This document shows positions 1 to 13,216 of a stretch of DNA of 64,000 nucleotides, piece by piece; position 1 is the first letter of the stretch; each line of letters starts with the position of its first letter. The DNA is taken from assembly GCF_009914755.1 (NCBI RefSeq), contig NC_060939.1, one strand, 5' to 3'. The translations under genes and the position numbers were made by a program. This DNA comes from the human T2T-CHM13v2.0 reference genome, Homo sapiens. The notes under the pieces are model-generated. The model did no database searches, was not told the DNA's origin, and saw only the letters and a list, made by a program, of their open reading frames with translations.

Positions 1-575
1 CGTGTATCTGTTTGGAAAATTTTTTGCCGATCTCTGCTAAAGCCGAATACGCCCTATGACTTAACAATTCCACTCCCAGGTATATATCTGACAGAAACAC
101 ATACACGTCCACATCCAAATGTCCAGAGTAGCACTAAATAGCCAAAAGGCAAACAACTCAAATTTTCATTAACAGTAGAATGGATAAACAAATTGTGTAT
201 GGATACATGGTGTAATATTTTAGAGTACTGAGGATGAACCAACGGCTGCTCCTCCAAACAACATGGCCGTAGCAACATTGTGTCTCTCAGAAATAGTGTT
301 ATGAGACAAAAAAAAAGACTAAAAATGCACATTCTGTATAACTTCATTTATATGCAGTTAAAAACAGGCAAAAGCAACTAATTATGATATCAGAAAGCTT
401 CTGTTCACTTTCAGGGGTGTGCAATGAAGATGGGGGATGAGGAGGATTTGGGGCAGCGCTGATAACTAATTCTGGAACTGGGTAGTGGTCACATGGGCCT
501 GTTCACTTGGCGAAAATTCATCACATGATTATTTTTCTGTATGTGTGTTACACTTCAGTAAATATTTAACTTAAA
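1..575 (+). mobile_element. Old L1 (L1ME-type) 3' fragment
   Basis: Degenerate L1M 3' motifs: caattccactcccaggtatata, gaatggataaacaaattgtg, ttctgtataacttcatttata, aaaacaggcaaaa, ttttctgtatgtgtgttacacttcagtaaa. Confidence 0.75.
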
Positions 576-633
576 GAAGTCACAATGGGCTTGAAGGAAC
601 ATTCCGGTCTAAGTAAGAAGCTAACATAAATTA

Positions 634-1190
634 CAAAGAGTGGGAATAAATAAGTTCTTCTTTAGATGGATAGGTTTAAATGCTGAAAATTCCTAAGGAT
701 CAAAGCCAAGGCATGTTTATAAATGATCTAGATGAGGGAGTATCTAATAAAATCCTCATACTTGCAGACAATACTGATATCTTTTAGGTTATAGAAAACC
801 CAGTCAATGGGGATAAAATGCAGGAAGATTTAAAAGGCTTTCAAAGTGAGCAGAATACTAGTAAATGTGTTTCTCTGTGGTCAGCTAAATAGTAATGCAG
901 GGAATAAAAAGAATATAAAGATGTCTTATTCATCCTTATATATGCATCAGGACTTATAGTATATTTATATACAGTCAGTACTAAAAATCATCGTTGATAA
1001 ATGAAGGATTAAATGAATGAATAAATAATGGACTTGGACTAAGCTATCAGTTACAATTTAGGAAACCATCAGGGCTAGGAGTTATTGTAGACTATTTCCT
1101 GAAGAAACAGACCAAATGTGCTAGTGAATTTGGGGTAATATTCCCAACAGCAATAAGAACGCTAAATGCAAAAGAGAAAACATTCAACAA
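634..1190 (+). mobile_element. CR1/L3-family LINE fossil, RT C-terminal region, interrupted by an L2 3' end (~921-1030)
   Basis: Translation from 634 gives QRVGINKFFFRW. From 716 it gives FINDLDEGVSNKILILADNTDIF*...MQEDLK, and ~1075 gives LGVIVD. These match CR1 ORF2 motifs QRVxING, FINDLD, KFADDT, LQxDL, DLGVxVD, with stops and frameshifts. Confidence 0.75.
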
Positions 1191-1333
1191 GAGTTCTTAA
1201 AATATGTGAGCAGGACCTCCAAGAGGAGAGTGGGAGGAAAGACCGGGCCTGTAAAGATGAAGGTGAGACAGGAACATAACTGAGGGCTGTAGAACTATCA
1301 CACTATAAACTATTTGAACGTGGATATTAATGC

Positions 1334-1719
1334 TTATGGTAGTTTTATGTATTAACTTGTCTAGGCTCTAGTACCCAGTAATGTAATCAAACACTAATCT
1401 AGGTGATGCTATAAAAAGTATGTTGTAGGTGTGGTTAATATTCACAATCAGTTGACTTTAAGAAAAGGAGATTGCTCTTGGTAATGTGAATGGGCCTCAT
1501 CCAATCTGCTGGAAGACCTGAAAAGCAAAACTGAGGTTTCCTGGAGAACTTCTGCCTAAAAACTGCAATGTCCACTCCTGTCAAGTTGCTAACCTACCAG
1601 CTTGTCCTACAAACTTCAAACTTGCAAGCCTCTACAATTACATAAGCTAATTTCCTTAAAATGTGTGTGGATGGTCGGGGAGAGGGGGTCTGTTTCTCTG
1701 GAGAACCCTGACTGATATA
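1334..1719 (+). mobile_element. ERVL solo LTR, MLT2 family (MLT2D-like)
   Basis: Start tatggtagttttatgtattaacttg; internal caatcagttgactttaag and gggcctcatccaatc; end tctgtttctctggagaaccctgactgatata. Confidence 0.8.
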
Positions 1720-4248
1720 GCACCCAAAGTATATCAGTTGCTTCCTGATAAGCAAAGAAGGATCGCTCAACAAAACAGTAGACTGTAAGACAGTCCATTG
1801 TCTTAAGAATATTTTTCTCAAACTAGTTCATTTCCCCTTTAGCTGACCTACAGTTCTGTCACAGAGAAATCCTCCTGACCATTCTTCTCCCTGGTCCTCT
1901 GGCCTTCCACCCTGTTTTAGGGATCTGCTTTCTAACACAGAGTTCTCTCCCATATTTTTCTCCCCCTGAGTCCCAGAACCCACAAACTCCTGTCACCACA
2001 CCCACCAAAAGAAATCCCAAATTTCTTCATTGAAAAAAATCTCTTGCAAGAACCATGAGACCACCCTTCAAATTTTTTAACAGAAGCCAACATCCCATTC
2101 TGAAGGCCTTTCCATTTTTTTCAACAATGTCAACAACAGTCAATATCAAGTTTATGAATGAGAGCTTTCTGGCTAAAATGAGAGAGTTCTTCAAAACTAC
2201 CTCTTGCAGAACCAAGAGAACATCTTCCCCAAAGTTGAATTTCTGCCCGGCTCTTAGAGCCATGGGAAGCCAGTTTCTGGAGTTTGGGAATAGCTGTTTC
2301 ACCACCTCTGCTAGCCATCAGAGGTTTAGGAATAGTCAGATGATGCCTGACCATTAATCAGTCCTTAAAAAAAGAAACAACTGGCCAGAAATCATAAAGA
2401 TGAGCTGCAATCATGCAGTTGTTCCCCACCCCCTCAAACCCTATACATGCAAAATTATGCTTTAACTGAACCCATGACAGCTTTTAACACAAAAATAAGG
2501 AGAGTAGTTTAGGACCTTTCAAAGGACTGAATCAGGGAGGTCCTGATACTAGAAATGTGGGTGTATTACTACTGCTGAAGGAAGGAAAGGACAAAAAACA
2601 AACCCTCTCACAATTATGGGGGAATTTTTTCCCATCTCTCCTCAGGTCCTCCCACAATTATTCAAGGTTTGAGCCACCAGGATACATTAATTTTTTGGCA
2701 ACTGATAAATAGTTTGAGTAATGGCTGCATGTTGTTAATGGCTAAAGTGAAATTTATGAGTCAATCTTTCAAAAATACAATATGACAAACAAATTCATCC
2801 CATGCTGCTTTCCTAGTGTTGCCCCATGTCATGTTTTGCTGTGGCCACAACCCAAAATTAAATAGCTTCCCTCCAGCAGTAGTCTTCATATTTCACTCTC
2901 CATCTCCAGGTCCAGGCAGATGCATCAATGGGTAATTCAGTACCAGAAATATCACCTACTGTCCCCACTCTAGGCAGAAGAGGCAAGTGAGAAATTTATT
3001 TGTATTATGAAGCAGGCAACAAAACATGCATGAGAGATATAACGTGGATGTATATGAGAAAGAGATTGAATACTCCCTTGGAAAAATATTTGCAAACAAA
3101 AAATGAATAGACAGTGGTTCAATTACATGGAAATCTCTCTAAATAAGGGACTCTATTCATCAGTCAATCAAGAAACATTCCTACACAACCCATTATGTTT
3201 TCAGTGGATTGCGTCATATGTTGTGAGGATAGAAAACCAATTTGAAAGAGTTTAGATATGAAATAACTGTTCAATTATGTAGCTAACTATAAGTCTAATG
3301 AGATTTCCGAGGGAATAAAATGGATGTGGTTTCTTTCAGCTATGTCCCTTTAATTACCTGGCCCTGGCCCTGGCCCACCATTAGTGCTGGCCATATGTAA
3401 AATGTTCCAGAAACCTGTTAACTTGCACATATTTTTCTCCAGAAGTATACTGCTTCACCCTCTTATTAGGTGCTGGTCTCAGCCTACCTATTACTGTTGA
3501 TCATTCTCCAAGCCCTCTGCTGCGCAGATCTTCCAGCTTGTTTACACTAACCTGCTTCTAATCTTTATCTCAATTTTTGGATCCTGATTCTACTCTCTCC
3601 TCTTCTGGGCATTCCCTTGGACAGATAAGTCAGTAGAGAGCCCAAGTGGCCCCCATTTCTTCTAACTCCTGCATTTTTTCTTGTGCATTCTGATTATAAC
3701 TCAATCCCACAGTTGGGAACTAGATTTTACCCCATCAGCCCATCATCCTTGAGGCACATGAAAATAATGGAATGTAAAAGCATGTGAGTGTGCTGAATGT
3801 TCTAGTTCTCAGGAATGCGATGAGAACTTTTCATTCATTGATGAGAGATGACCTCTTCGTAGTGAAAACAGATCCCTCTCGAGACACCTGGGGAACACCT
3901 TGGTGAGGTTGACTGCTGTAAGTACACATGACTTAACCTTGCCAACAAGGTACAGTGCCACATCTGGCCATACCTCCAATAAGTACACCTAAACAATTTT
4001 TAGAAAACTAGGATGGGCTGCCTCAATTTCTAATTTATTTGGCCAGTTTCACAAGCTGCTCAGTTCCTAGTTAAGTCAAGATAAGAAGTATTTCTGATCT
4101 TCTGAACATGCCCTAAATGTAATGAAGTGCTTGATGCATGCCTGGCACTCCAAAGAATCAACCTTCCACAGTGGCTCCAAGGGGCTGGGCCTTAATGAAG
4201 CTGTGCCTCCAGGGAGCATAACATATACCCTTGTAGGAGGGCAATGAA

Positions 4249-4305
4249 TGCAAGATTAAATAATGCTTGAACCCTTTGCAAGACTAAATAATGCTTGAAC
4301 TCATT
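4249..4305. repeat. 28-bp tandem duplication (2 copies)
   Basis: tgcaagattaaataatgcttgaaccctt followed by tgcaagactaaataatgcttgaactcatt. Confidence 0.9.
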
Positions 4306-4997
4306 GGTTATATTCAGACTTTTAGCTCCTCCAATGTCTAAACAGTGCCATGGTACCTAATGAAGAACAGCTTTCACAACATCTTGCAGAGGGGTGGTGA
4401 GGAGTAAGACATAGTTCCTGGATCTTAGTTTTATATCCATATATTCATTCATACTCTGCCTTTTGTACATATGGGCCTGAATCAATAGTAGTATCTTATC
4501 CTGGTGTAAAATCAAATTATTACATTTTTGAGTGATCCAAAGGTGTGTTCTTGGGCTATAGTCTTTTTCCCTTAGGAGATATGGATGATGCCAACAGACT
4601 GAGGCTAGATTACCTTCCCAAATACAACCCACTTGTTAGCCCTCAGGTAACAAAGAGTTGTGGTTCTGCTCTATCCACTTCCAGTGAGAGGCGATAGGGC
4701 CAGAGAATTCTCTAGTGCAGGTCCCTGCAACTCAAAGAGTAGCCAGAACTCTAAAGAAATCTAAATATTTTGAATTATGGAACAAATAGGCTAGTGATTG
4801 ATGGGAGCAGAAGTTGAGGAAAAATCAGACACATTAAATGGCCCCACATTGCCAGCTGAAGTTTAATGGAACATATAGAAAAGAGAAAATATATGCAGAT
4901 TACCGAAAATAATAAGGATTTTAAAGTTTGCCAGAAAGACACATACCAAAGTCAAGTTTAGTCACATTGGTGATGGAGCACTAAAGACCATGTGCCC

Positions 4998-6281
<1,284 letters not shown>

Positions 6282-6526
6282 TACCGTGCAACCTATTGCT
6301 GGAAGTCTACAGCTTCCTTGAAGACAGGACCACATCCATAAGGTCCTTTATTCTTGTGTTTCCATGGGATATCTGTTCTTTACATCCCGACAACCTAACA
6401 TATAGGCTGTTTTAAGTGATGGCTCCCTAAACTATTATGTATCTCCATTAGTTTCATACTTCAGAAGTTTCTTATATCTATTTCTCATATGGGTTGTAAA
6501 TATGGCCCTTCTGCTGACCACCCACC

Positions 6527-6918
6527 TGTATTAATCTGCTAGGGGTGCCATAACAAAATACTACATATTGGTGGGGCTTAAACAACATAAATGTATTTTA
6601 TCATAGTTATGGTGAAAATAACTATGGTTGGAAGTCCAAGATCAAGGGGTCAGCACATTCAGTTTCTATGAGATCTCTCTCCTTAGCTTGCAAACAGCCA
6701 CCTTCTATTCTCAAACATGGCCTTTTCTCCTCTGTACTCACATATCCTTGGTGATTCTACCTCTTCTTATAGGGATACCAGTCCAATTGAAATAGGCTTA
6801 CACCGTTATGCCCTCACTTAACCTTATTCACTTCTTTAAAGGTCATGTCTCCACAGTCACATTAGAGGTAGATCTCTTCAACCTATGGATTTAGTGGGAC
6901 AAAATTCAGTCCACAACA
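6527..6918 (-). mobile_element. MaLR solo LTR (MLT1A/A0-like) with intact 5-bp TSD
   Basis: tgtattaatctgctaggggtgccataacaaaatac ... aattcagtccacaaca; CCACC at 6522-6526 and 6919-6923. Confidence 0.88.
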
Positions 6919-8810
6919 CCACCTAACGGAAGATCCTAGATTCAACTGGATCCCAGGAATGGCAGGTGTATTTAAGCCAAAAGTGCTATTCACCTTTAAT
7001 CCAGCCCAAATGCTCCAATATCTGAAGTCAATTTATAGTAGACTTATGCCTCCAATGTTAGCGTGGCAACTGTTTAAACCAGGAAACTCCCAGACAAGGA
7101 GTTTTATCATGCTATATTTTCACAAGTTGCCCCTAGAAGAGTTAAACTATCTAGAATGGGGGGAAAATCTATCATAAGGCACAGAAGTGATTCTAGAAGT
7201 CTAAAGTCATCATCTAGAGATTTTCTGGTCAAACTTTGGAACCTAAGCATCTTCAGGCTTCCTAGGTAGTTTGGTGGGCCTGTATGTTCACAACTTGGCT
7301 GAGAGCTCGTGTGTATTCTAGGGATCCAGAACCATTGTTTCAACCCCACCTTGTCCACAAGGCCCAGCTCTGAAGGCCACAGTCCCTGTAGGATCCTCTA
7401 CCTAGAGAATGTCACATGCATGTCAGCCCAGCCAGACCTATGAAGTCTCAATCACATGTACTAGACAGTATTCTGACGGCTACAATTGGCACTGGTTGGC
7501 AGAGCTTCAGGACAGCACATGGCATATTGTAAGCCCTTAGAACATTCTTGAATGAATAAAAAAGCAAATAAACCTAATCCATTTGGATGTCTGGTGGCAT
7601 CCAATCTAATTAAAGATGTATTTGAGCCAACCAGCTGAAGCCCCATCCGCAAACACTTTTATGCAGGGCTGATAATCAATCAGAACAGCTGTATCAGTTG
7701 TTTATAGATGGTGTCTATTTTGAGTGGTCAGACATCCATTCTAATTGGAAGGACTCAGGGTCTAAAAGTTGGTAAATACTTCTAATATCACTTCTGACTA
7801 TTCCTGGAGAAAATGTAGGGGTGTCTATGGTGAGTTCAGGGATTTCAGGACTGATTAAGGAAAAGACAGAACTACAAGATGTCAGTACTGAACAGTAAGT
7901 TTTATTGGCCAGTATTGGGACACAGTCGCATGAGAGAAGAAGCTCCTTTTCCTTCCAGGATGAGTAGAAGACCTGACAGAAATAGCAGCATGGGATTAAC
8001 ACCCAGAAGGCAAAAGAGGGCAAGAGAACTTCCAGGGGAGCAAGGAATCAGAGATGGGGCTTATGTGTCTAGCAGTCGCTGGGCTAGAGACCTATGAAAA
8101 GCAGCCGTGATTTGAGGTCATTTATAGCTATAACGGTTATCTTATCTATGGATGGCAGGTATTAGGTATAGTTTTGTGGTGTAGGTAAAGAAGACAGACT
8201 CTAAATGGCTTAAAACATGCTTATTTGGAATATATTTAAAGCAACTGGGTATGTAAGGATTGAGTTTGGCACCATGGGGTTTAAGCTAATAGTCCTCGCC
8301 TGCTGTGAAGAAGTAACAACCTAGGAGCTATATACAGAGCCCACCTTTAGTCCATTTGTATATCAATGTCCTGTGAAACTTAGAAAAGAGAGAGAGAGAT
8401 CCATTCCTGACTCTACAAAGGAAGACAGGGTTTCTCTACAAGCTAGAAGAGATAAGCCCTTGTGACCACGTGGAGATAGTGAGGGACTTCTGATGGCTAC
8501 AGTGGAGGAAATTCAGGCTCTTTGGATTCTCCCATGCCTGTATGAAATTTACTGCTCCTACGGTCAGCTTTAACTAGGAAGCCCTGTTTATATCCCAGTT
8601 TGGGCGAGCACTTCAGAACAAGAACCACTCCTTTCTTGCACACCACGAATCCCAGATCAATACCAGAGGACAAGTGTAAACTGTGCATTGCAAAAGCATC
8701 TCAGATGCAGCTTTCTTCCTTCTCACAAGTACCTCCTCAAATCAAAGTTGTCTTAATCCAACTAATCATGGCTCCACTTAAAATACACCATTTTATTGAA
8801 ATCATGGATA

Positions 8811-8852
8811 TCACACACACATAACATACACACACACATGCACACACGCACA
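8811..8852. repeat. Imperfect (CA)n
   Basis: tcacacacacataacatacacacacacatgcacacacgcaca. Confidence 0.85.
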
Positions 8853-9299
8853 GGTTTCCTGCTCTCATCCACCACCCTCATTTTAAATCCAGAACACATG
8901 GAAAAGCCACAGTCTACACAACAGGACTGGGCAGGTTTTCTTCTGGTGAGTCCTGTGGATTTCAGGTTTACATCTAGCAAGCTTCACATGCTAGGGGAAG
9001 TCATTCGGACAATAGCCTGTCACATTTACACCACTAGAGCTCATCAACTTGAACATGAGTTTCTGAGCCAGGGAATTTATCTGCTCCAGCATCTTCCTTC
9101 CCTATACACTTTCCGCCCATTCATCCCTGAATCCTAGCACTCCCTGCTGTACCCAGCCTGGAAGAGAACATTTTTGTACACTATAGCTCTAGGTTCTGTC
9201 CTAGTGATTAGAGAGGGGAAGCCAGAACATTTGTTGTGGGACATACTGTGCTTTTGATTTAGTGGAAATGTATTGGTATGTTCACAACAGAACCTTCCT

Positions 9300-9414
9300 T
9301 CTTTTGAAAAATTAGCCACAGGAATCCTTTGTTTCATGAGCCAATAAATTCCCATTTGTTTAAATTAGTTTGGGTTGTGTTTCTGTTACTCGCAACTAAG
9401 AATCCTGACTAATT
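9300..9414 (+). mobile_element. MaLR MLT1 (I/J/K-type) LTR 3' end
   Basis: catgagccaataaattccc...tttctgttactcgcaactaagaatcctgactaat. Confidence 0.65.
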
Positions 9415-9760
9415 TCCTCAGCAACAGAGAGGCCTATTGTTTGTGGAATGGGTGATACCTACACTATGGCAGAACATATGGAAGCCTTCCACCCATTCTA
9501 ACTATATTCTCAACTAATGGCAACATAGCTTTTCATTGCAAAGAGAACCTAAGAAAACCTTAGTCTGGCCTTATTAGAGGGAGTTAGAAACTTGGTCAAC
9601 AGTCTCTTGAGATGCTCACTTTTAGTTCCATGAGGGAGGCTAAACTACAAGGAAAAGGAACATCCCAGCAGACACTGAGCAATAAGGAAATTAGCCCCAT
9701 TATGCCCATATATAACTGTTTTTTGGTTTATTCATTATCAACTCTCACTCAAAAACACTC

Positions 9761-10173
9761 AAAAATGGTTTGAATCTGTGTCCCCACACAAATCTCATGT
9801 TCAATTGCAATCCTCAAGATGGGGCCTGGTGGGAACTGAATTGGATCATGGGGGAAGATTTCTTATCAATGATTAGTACCATCCCCTTGGTACTGTCCTT
9901 GCAACAGTGAGTTCTCACAAGAGATCTGGTTGTTTAAAAGTTTGTGGCACCTCCCCACTCTCTCTGTTGCTCCTGCTCTGGCCATGTGACCTGCCCACTC
10001 CCCCTTTGCCTTCCATCCTGATTGTAAGTTTCCTGAGGCCTCCCCAGAAACCAAAATGATGTCAGTAACATGCTTCCTGTACAACCTGCAGAAATGTGAA
10101 ACAATTAAACCTCCTTTCTTTATAAATTAGCCCATAACAGGTATTTGCAGCCAGGCAATAACGGACTGATACA
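9761..10173 (+). mobile_element. MaLR solo LTR (MSTA-like)
   Basis: atggtttgaatctgtgtccccacacaaatctcatg; gagatctggttgtttaaaagt; gattgtaagtttcctgaggcctccccag; end cggactgataca. Confidence 0.9.
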
Positions 10174-10595
10174 CTCATTTTCTTGTGTCTTCTCCTTCCT
10201 GACTGATCGGTCATCCCTCAGTTTTCATATGGGTCCATTTCCTGGACCCATATGTAAACAATTTTTCCATCTCCACCCCCATCCTTTGGACCACCCACAT
10301 GTAATTTATTATTTATTGGATAACATATTTAAGGCATAATTCAGTACCAAGGGCAGCTGCTAGAAATTTGTTGCCTTTAGTAATAAAAGAAGCTTAGTGG
10401 AAGAGTTAGGCTTGGAGCTAGCTCTTAAAGAATGGATAATTCATAGACAGGAGTGAAGGAAGAAGAAAGATAATTCCAAGTTACTAAACAATATGAACAA
10501 AGGCTCTAAGATCAGAATGAGCTCGTCAAGTAGATCACAGAATGTATCTAATGAAAGCAGTTTGCACAGAGAAAGACTATATTATAGAAAAACGT

Positions 10596-10897
10596 GGCTA
10601 GGCATGGTGGCTCATGCCTATAATCCCAGCAATTTGGGAGGCCAAGGCCAGCAGATCATGAGGTCAGGAGATCGAGACCATCCTGGCTAACACAGTGAAA
10701 CCCCGTCTCTACTAAAAATACAAAAATTAGCCCGGTATGGTGGCGGGCGTCTGTAGTCCCAGCTACTCAGGAGGCCGAGGCAGGAGAATGGCATGAACCT
10801 GGGAGGCGGAGCTTGCAGTGAGCCAAGATTGCGCCACTGCACTCCAGCCTGGGCAACAGAGTGAGACTCCATCTCAAAAAAAAAAAAAAGAAAAAAA
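10596..10897 (+). mobile_element. AluY
   Basis: Y-diagnostic gagatcgagaccatcctggctaacac and gagaatggcatgaacc...ggcggagcttgcag; A-tail; imperfect TSD agaaaaacgt / agaaaagcgc; flanked by L2-like sequence. Confidence 0.95.
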
Positions 10898-11736
10898 GAA
10901 AAGCGCAGAGACAAAGGGTTTTAGATTTAATTCAGGAGTCACTGAAAGCTTTTATTCTAGGGATATTCAAATGTCATTTGGTCATGAGACCATTCTAGGG
11001 AATACCATGTAAATCAAGATTATACCCAGGTAAATACACACACATAAACATACAAAAGCCTGGGTCACAAATAAAAACAGGCCTTTTCTTGACTTATGTA
11101 AGTTGCTTAGGAATATATTATCCCTGAGAGAGTATTACCCCCTAGGAGGAATTTAAACTTGGGAAAGTTTGAGCTATCCTTTGTATCGCATCAGCCAATT
11201 TTATAAGCTCTTAAAGTTAGTGCAACTTCAGTGCCAGAAATTCAGATATTTGGAAAATTATATTTAGGGCCCAGCAATTCCTAGACTACTTCTCAGATGC
11301 ATTCAAATTAAAGATCAATTAAAAACCACAGTCATGCATTCCAAATTTCAGTGACCTAATGGGCCACGGATAAAGCAATATGTCTTTATTTTTACAGGGG
11401 TATAAAAGAAATACACATTTTGAAATCTTTTCATTTTCTTCTTTTTTGAACCCTTTCTCCAGAATTGGACATTTGTAAATCCCACAATTGCCAGGACATC
11501 TTTTCTTCAAATAAATGGAAGAAATATTGGGATTTAACATTTTTTTGCACGTGTCAGCACTTCCTGGTTTTTGTTATTACACTCAGGGAGATGTCAAGTT
11601 TAGGCAATATATAAGAATGTTACTAAAAAAAAATCATTGAGGGCAGAAGAAAAAAACGCACACGTTATATGAATTTGGATACTCAGAGACCCCATATAAG
11701 AGGGCAACGGTTAGAATGAAGGGTCAAGATGGGAAC

Positions 11737-11818
11737 AATAAAATGTACTGTATTTTCATGAATATAAAATTCTGAATAAATGTACTGTATTTTCATTGAA
11801 TATCAAATTCTGAATAAA
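11737..11818. repeat. 38-bp tandem duplication
   Basis: aataaaatgtactgtattttcatgaatataaaattctg then aataaatgtactgtattttcattgaatatcaaattctg then aataaa. Confidence 0.9.
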
Positions 11819-11834
11819 GAGTCACCCTTAATCT

Positions 11835-12180
11835 ATTTTAGTCAAAATAAACTAGATTATCCTGTGGTAACAAACAATTCCAAAACCTCAAATATTTAAT
11901 CAAATAAAAATTAATGTGTTGCTAATGGAAAGTCTACTGCAGGCATGTGTGCCTTTTCAGGGCATCTCCTCATGGTCAGCTTCAAAGTTTTAGTCCTATC
12001 ATCACTGCTAAGGCCCCTCTTCAATTGCCATGGTAATAGAAGAAGCAGCTAGAGGGGTGCAGGAGGGCTTCTCAGGTCTTTAACCCGGAAGTGACATACT
12101 TCCTTTCTATCCACATTCCAGTAGCCAGAAATAGTCATAAACTCTGCCCAACTCCAAGGAGGCCGGGAAATACAGGGCAC
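11835..12180 (-). mobile_element. MaLR MLT1 (J/I-type) LTR
   Basis: ttagtcaaaataaactagattatcctgtggtaacaaacaattccaaaacctc ... ccggaagtgacatac...cacattccagtagccagaaatagtcat. Confidence 0.65.
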
Positions 12181-12482
12181 AAACATTATCCAAATAAGCA
12201 AAAGGTCTATAGACAGCCAAAGAAGAAGAGGAAATAAAGGAAAAATGGGGAAGGGGAGATGAAAAGTATAGATGGAGGAGGAGGAAAAGAAATGAATGTA
12301 ATTCAACCGCAGATGTAGAAACAAGAATCTCTAAATTTTGAATTCTAATCTCAACTCTACCCCAGGATTGTACAAGCCTTAGGATTCTTAGCCAAGTAAA
12401 GAGAATTTCTTGAGATAGATATGAAAAAGCAGCTTGGAAAAATAACTATTCTAGAGAATAAAGTTTTCTAAAAAGGGGAATT

Positions 12483-12487
12483 AAAAA

Positions 12488-12518
<31 letters not shown>

Positions 12519-12521
12519 TAT
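12483..12521. repeat. poly(A) plus (TA)n microsatellite
   Basis: A run followed by about 12 TA units. Confidence 0.95.
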
Positions 12522-13067
12522 GCCAGAAACATAAGAAGTATAAGCAAAAAGCTCACAAAAATAGAGAATACTCTGTATTTTATGTATAAAGTATGAAGAC
12601 ACTTGGGAATACCAGGTACATTTCCACCTATAGGCACCAAAACATTCAACTAAACTTTCAAAAGAACTTATCTGCTTAAGAAACCACAGATTTGACATAG
12701 ATATTCTGGTGGAGAAGGAGCCAGGAGCCAATATTAGGACTCACATGTGAAAATGTGATAGTAACCAAGCCTTATCAACAATTTTGACAGCTCTATAACT
12801 CAAATTCTTATGTGTAAAGTAGAACTAGTACCAGCATCACCTACCTACAATAAAAAAATATTTTAAAAGGCTCACAGTGCTCTATAAAAGAAGCGCTAAC
12901 CAGAAAACTGCCATATACACAAGATGGCAGTGGCACCTAGAGGTTCCTTCAAAGAGTACTTTTGCATCCAGGAGAATTCCTTCAGTCACATGGTCACAAA
13001 GCCATTTACATTTTTGGTATTATTTCCTAAGTGGGAACAATCTGATATTAGTCATTGTCTATTAAAA

Positions 13068-13216
13068 ACACATTTCAGAATTACAGTGGTTCAGGTTAGA
13101 TTTTTCAACTTTAAGATGAGTTTTTGGGGTTATTAAATGCATTTTCTACTTAAAATGTTTTCAACATACCACGGACTTTCCGGGATGTAATCCCATCGTA
13201 AGTCAAGGAGCGTATA
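13068..13216 (-). mobile_element. Short internally deleted MER47/Tigger5-family DNA transposon
   Basis: tattaaatgcattttctacttaaaatgttttcaac...gggatgtaatcccatcgtaagtcaaggagc is the reverse complement of the left end of the MER47A-like element at 42889. Confidence 0.7.

Noticed and set aside
2027-2357. Three overlapping ORFs on both strands
   Set aside because: No recognisable domain and no convincing splice boundaries; consistent with chance
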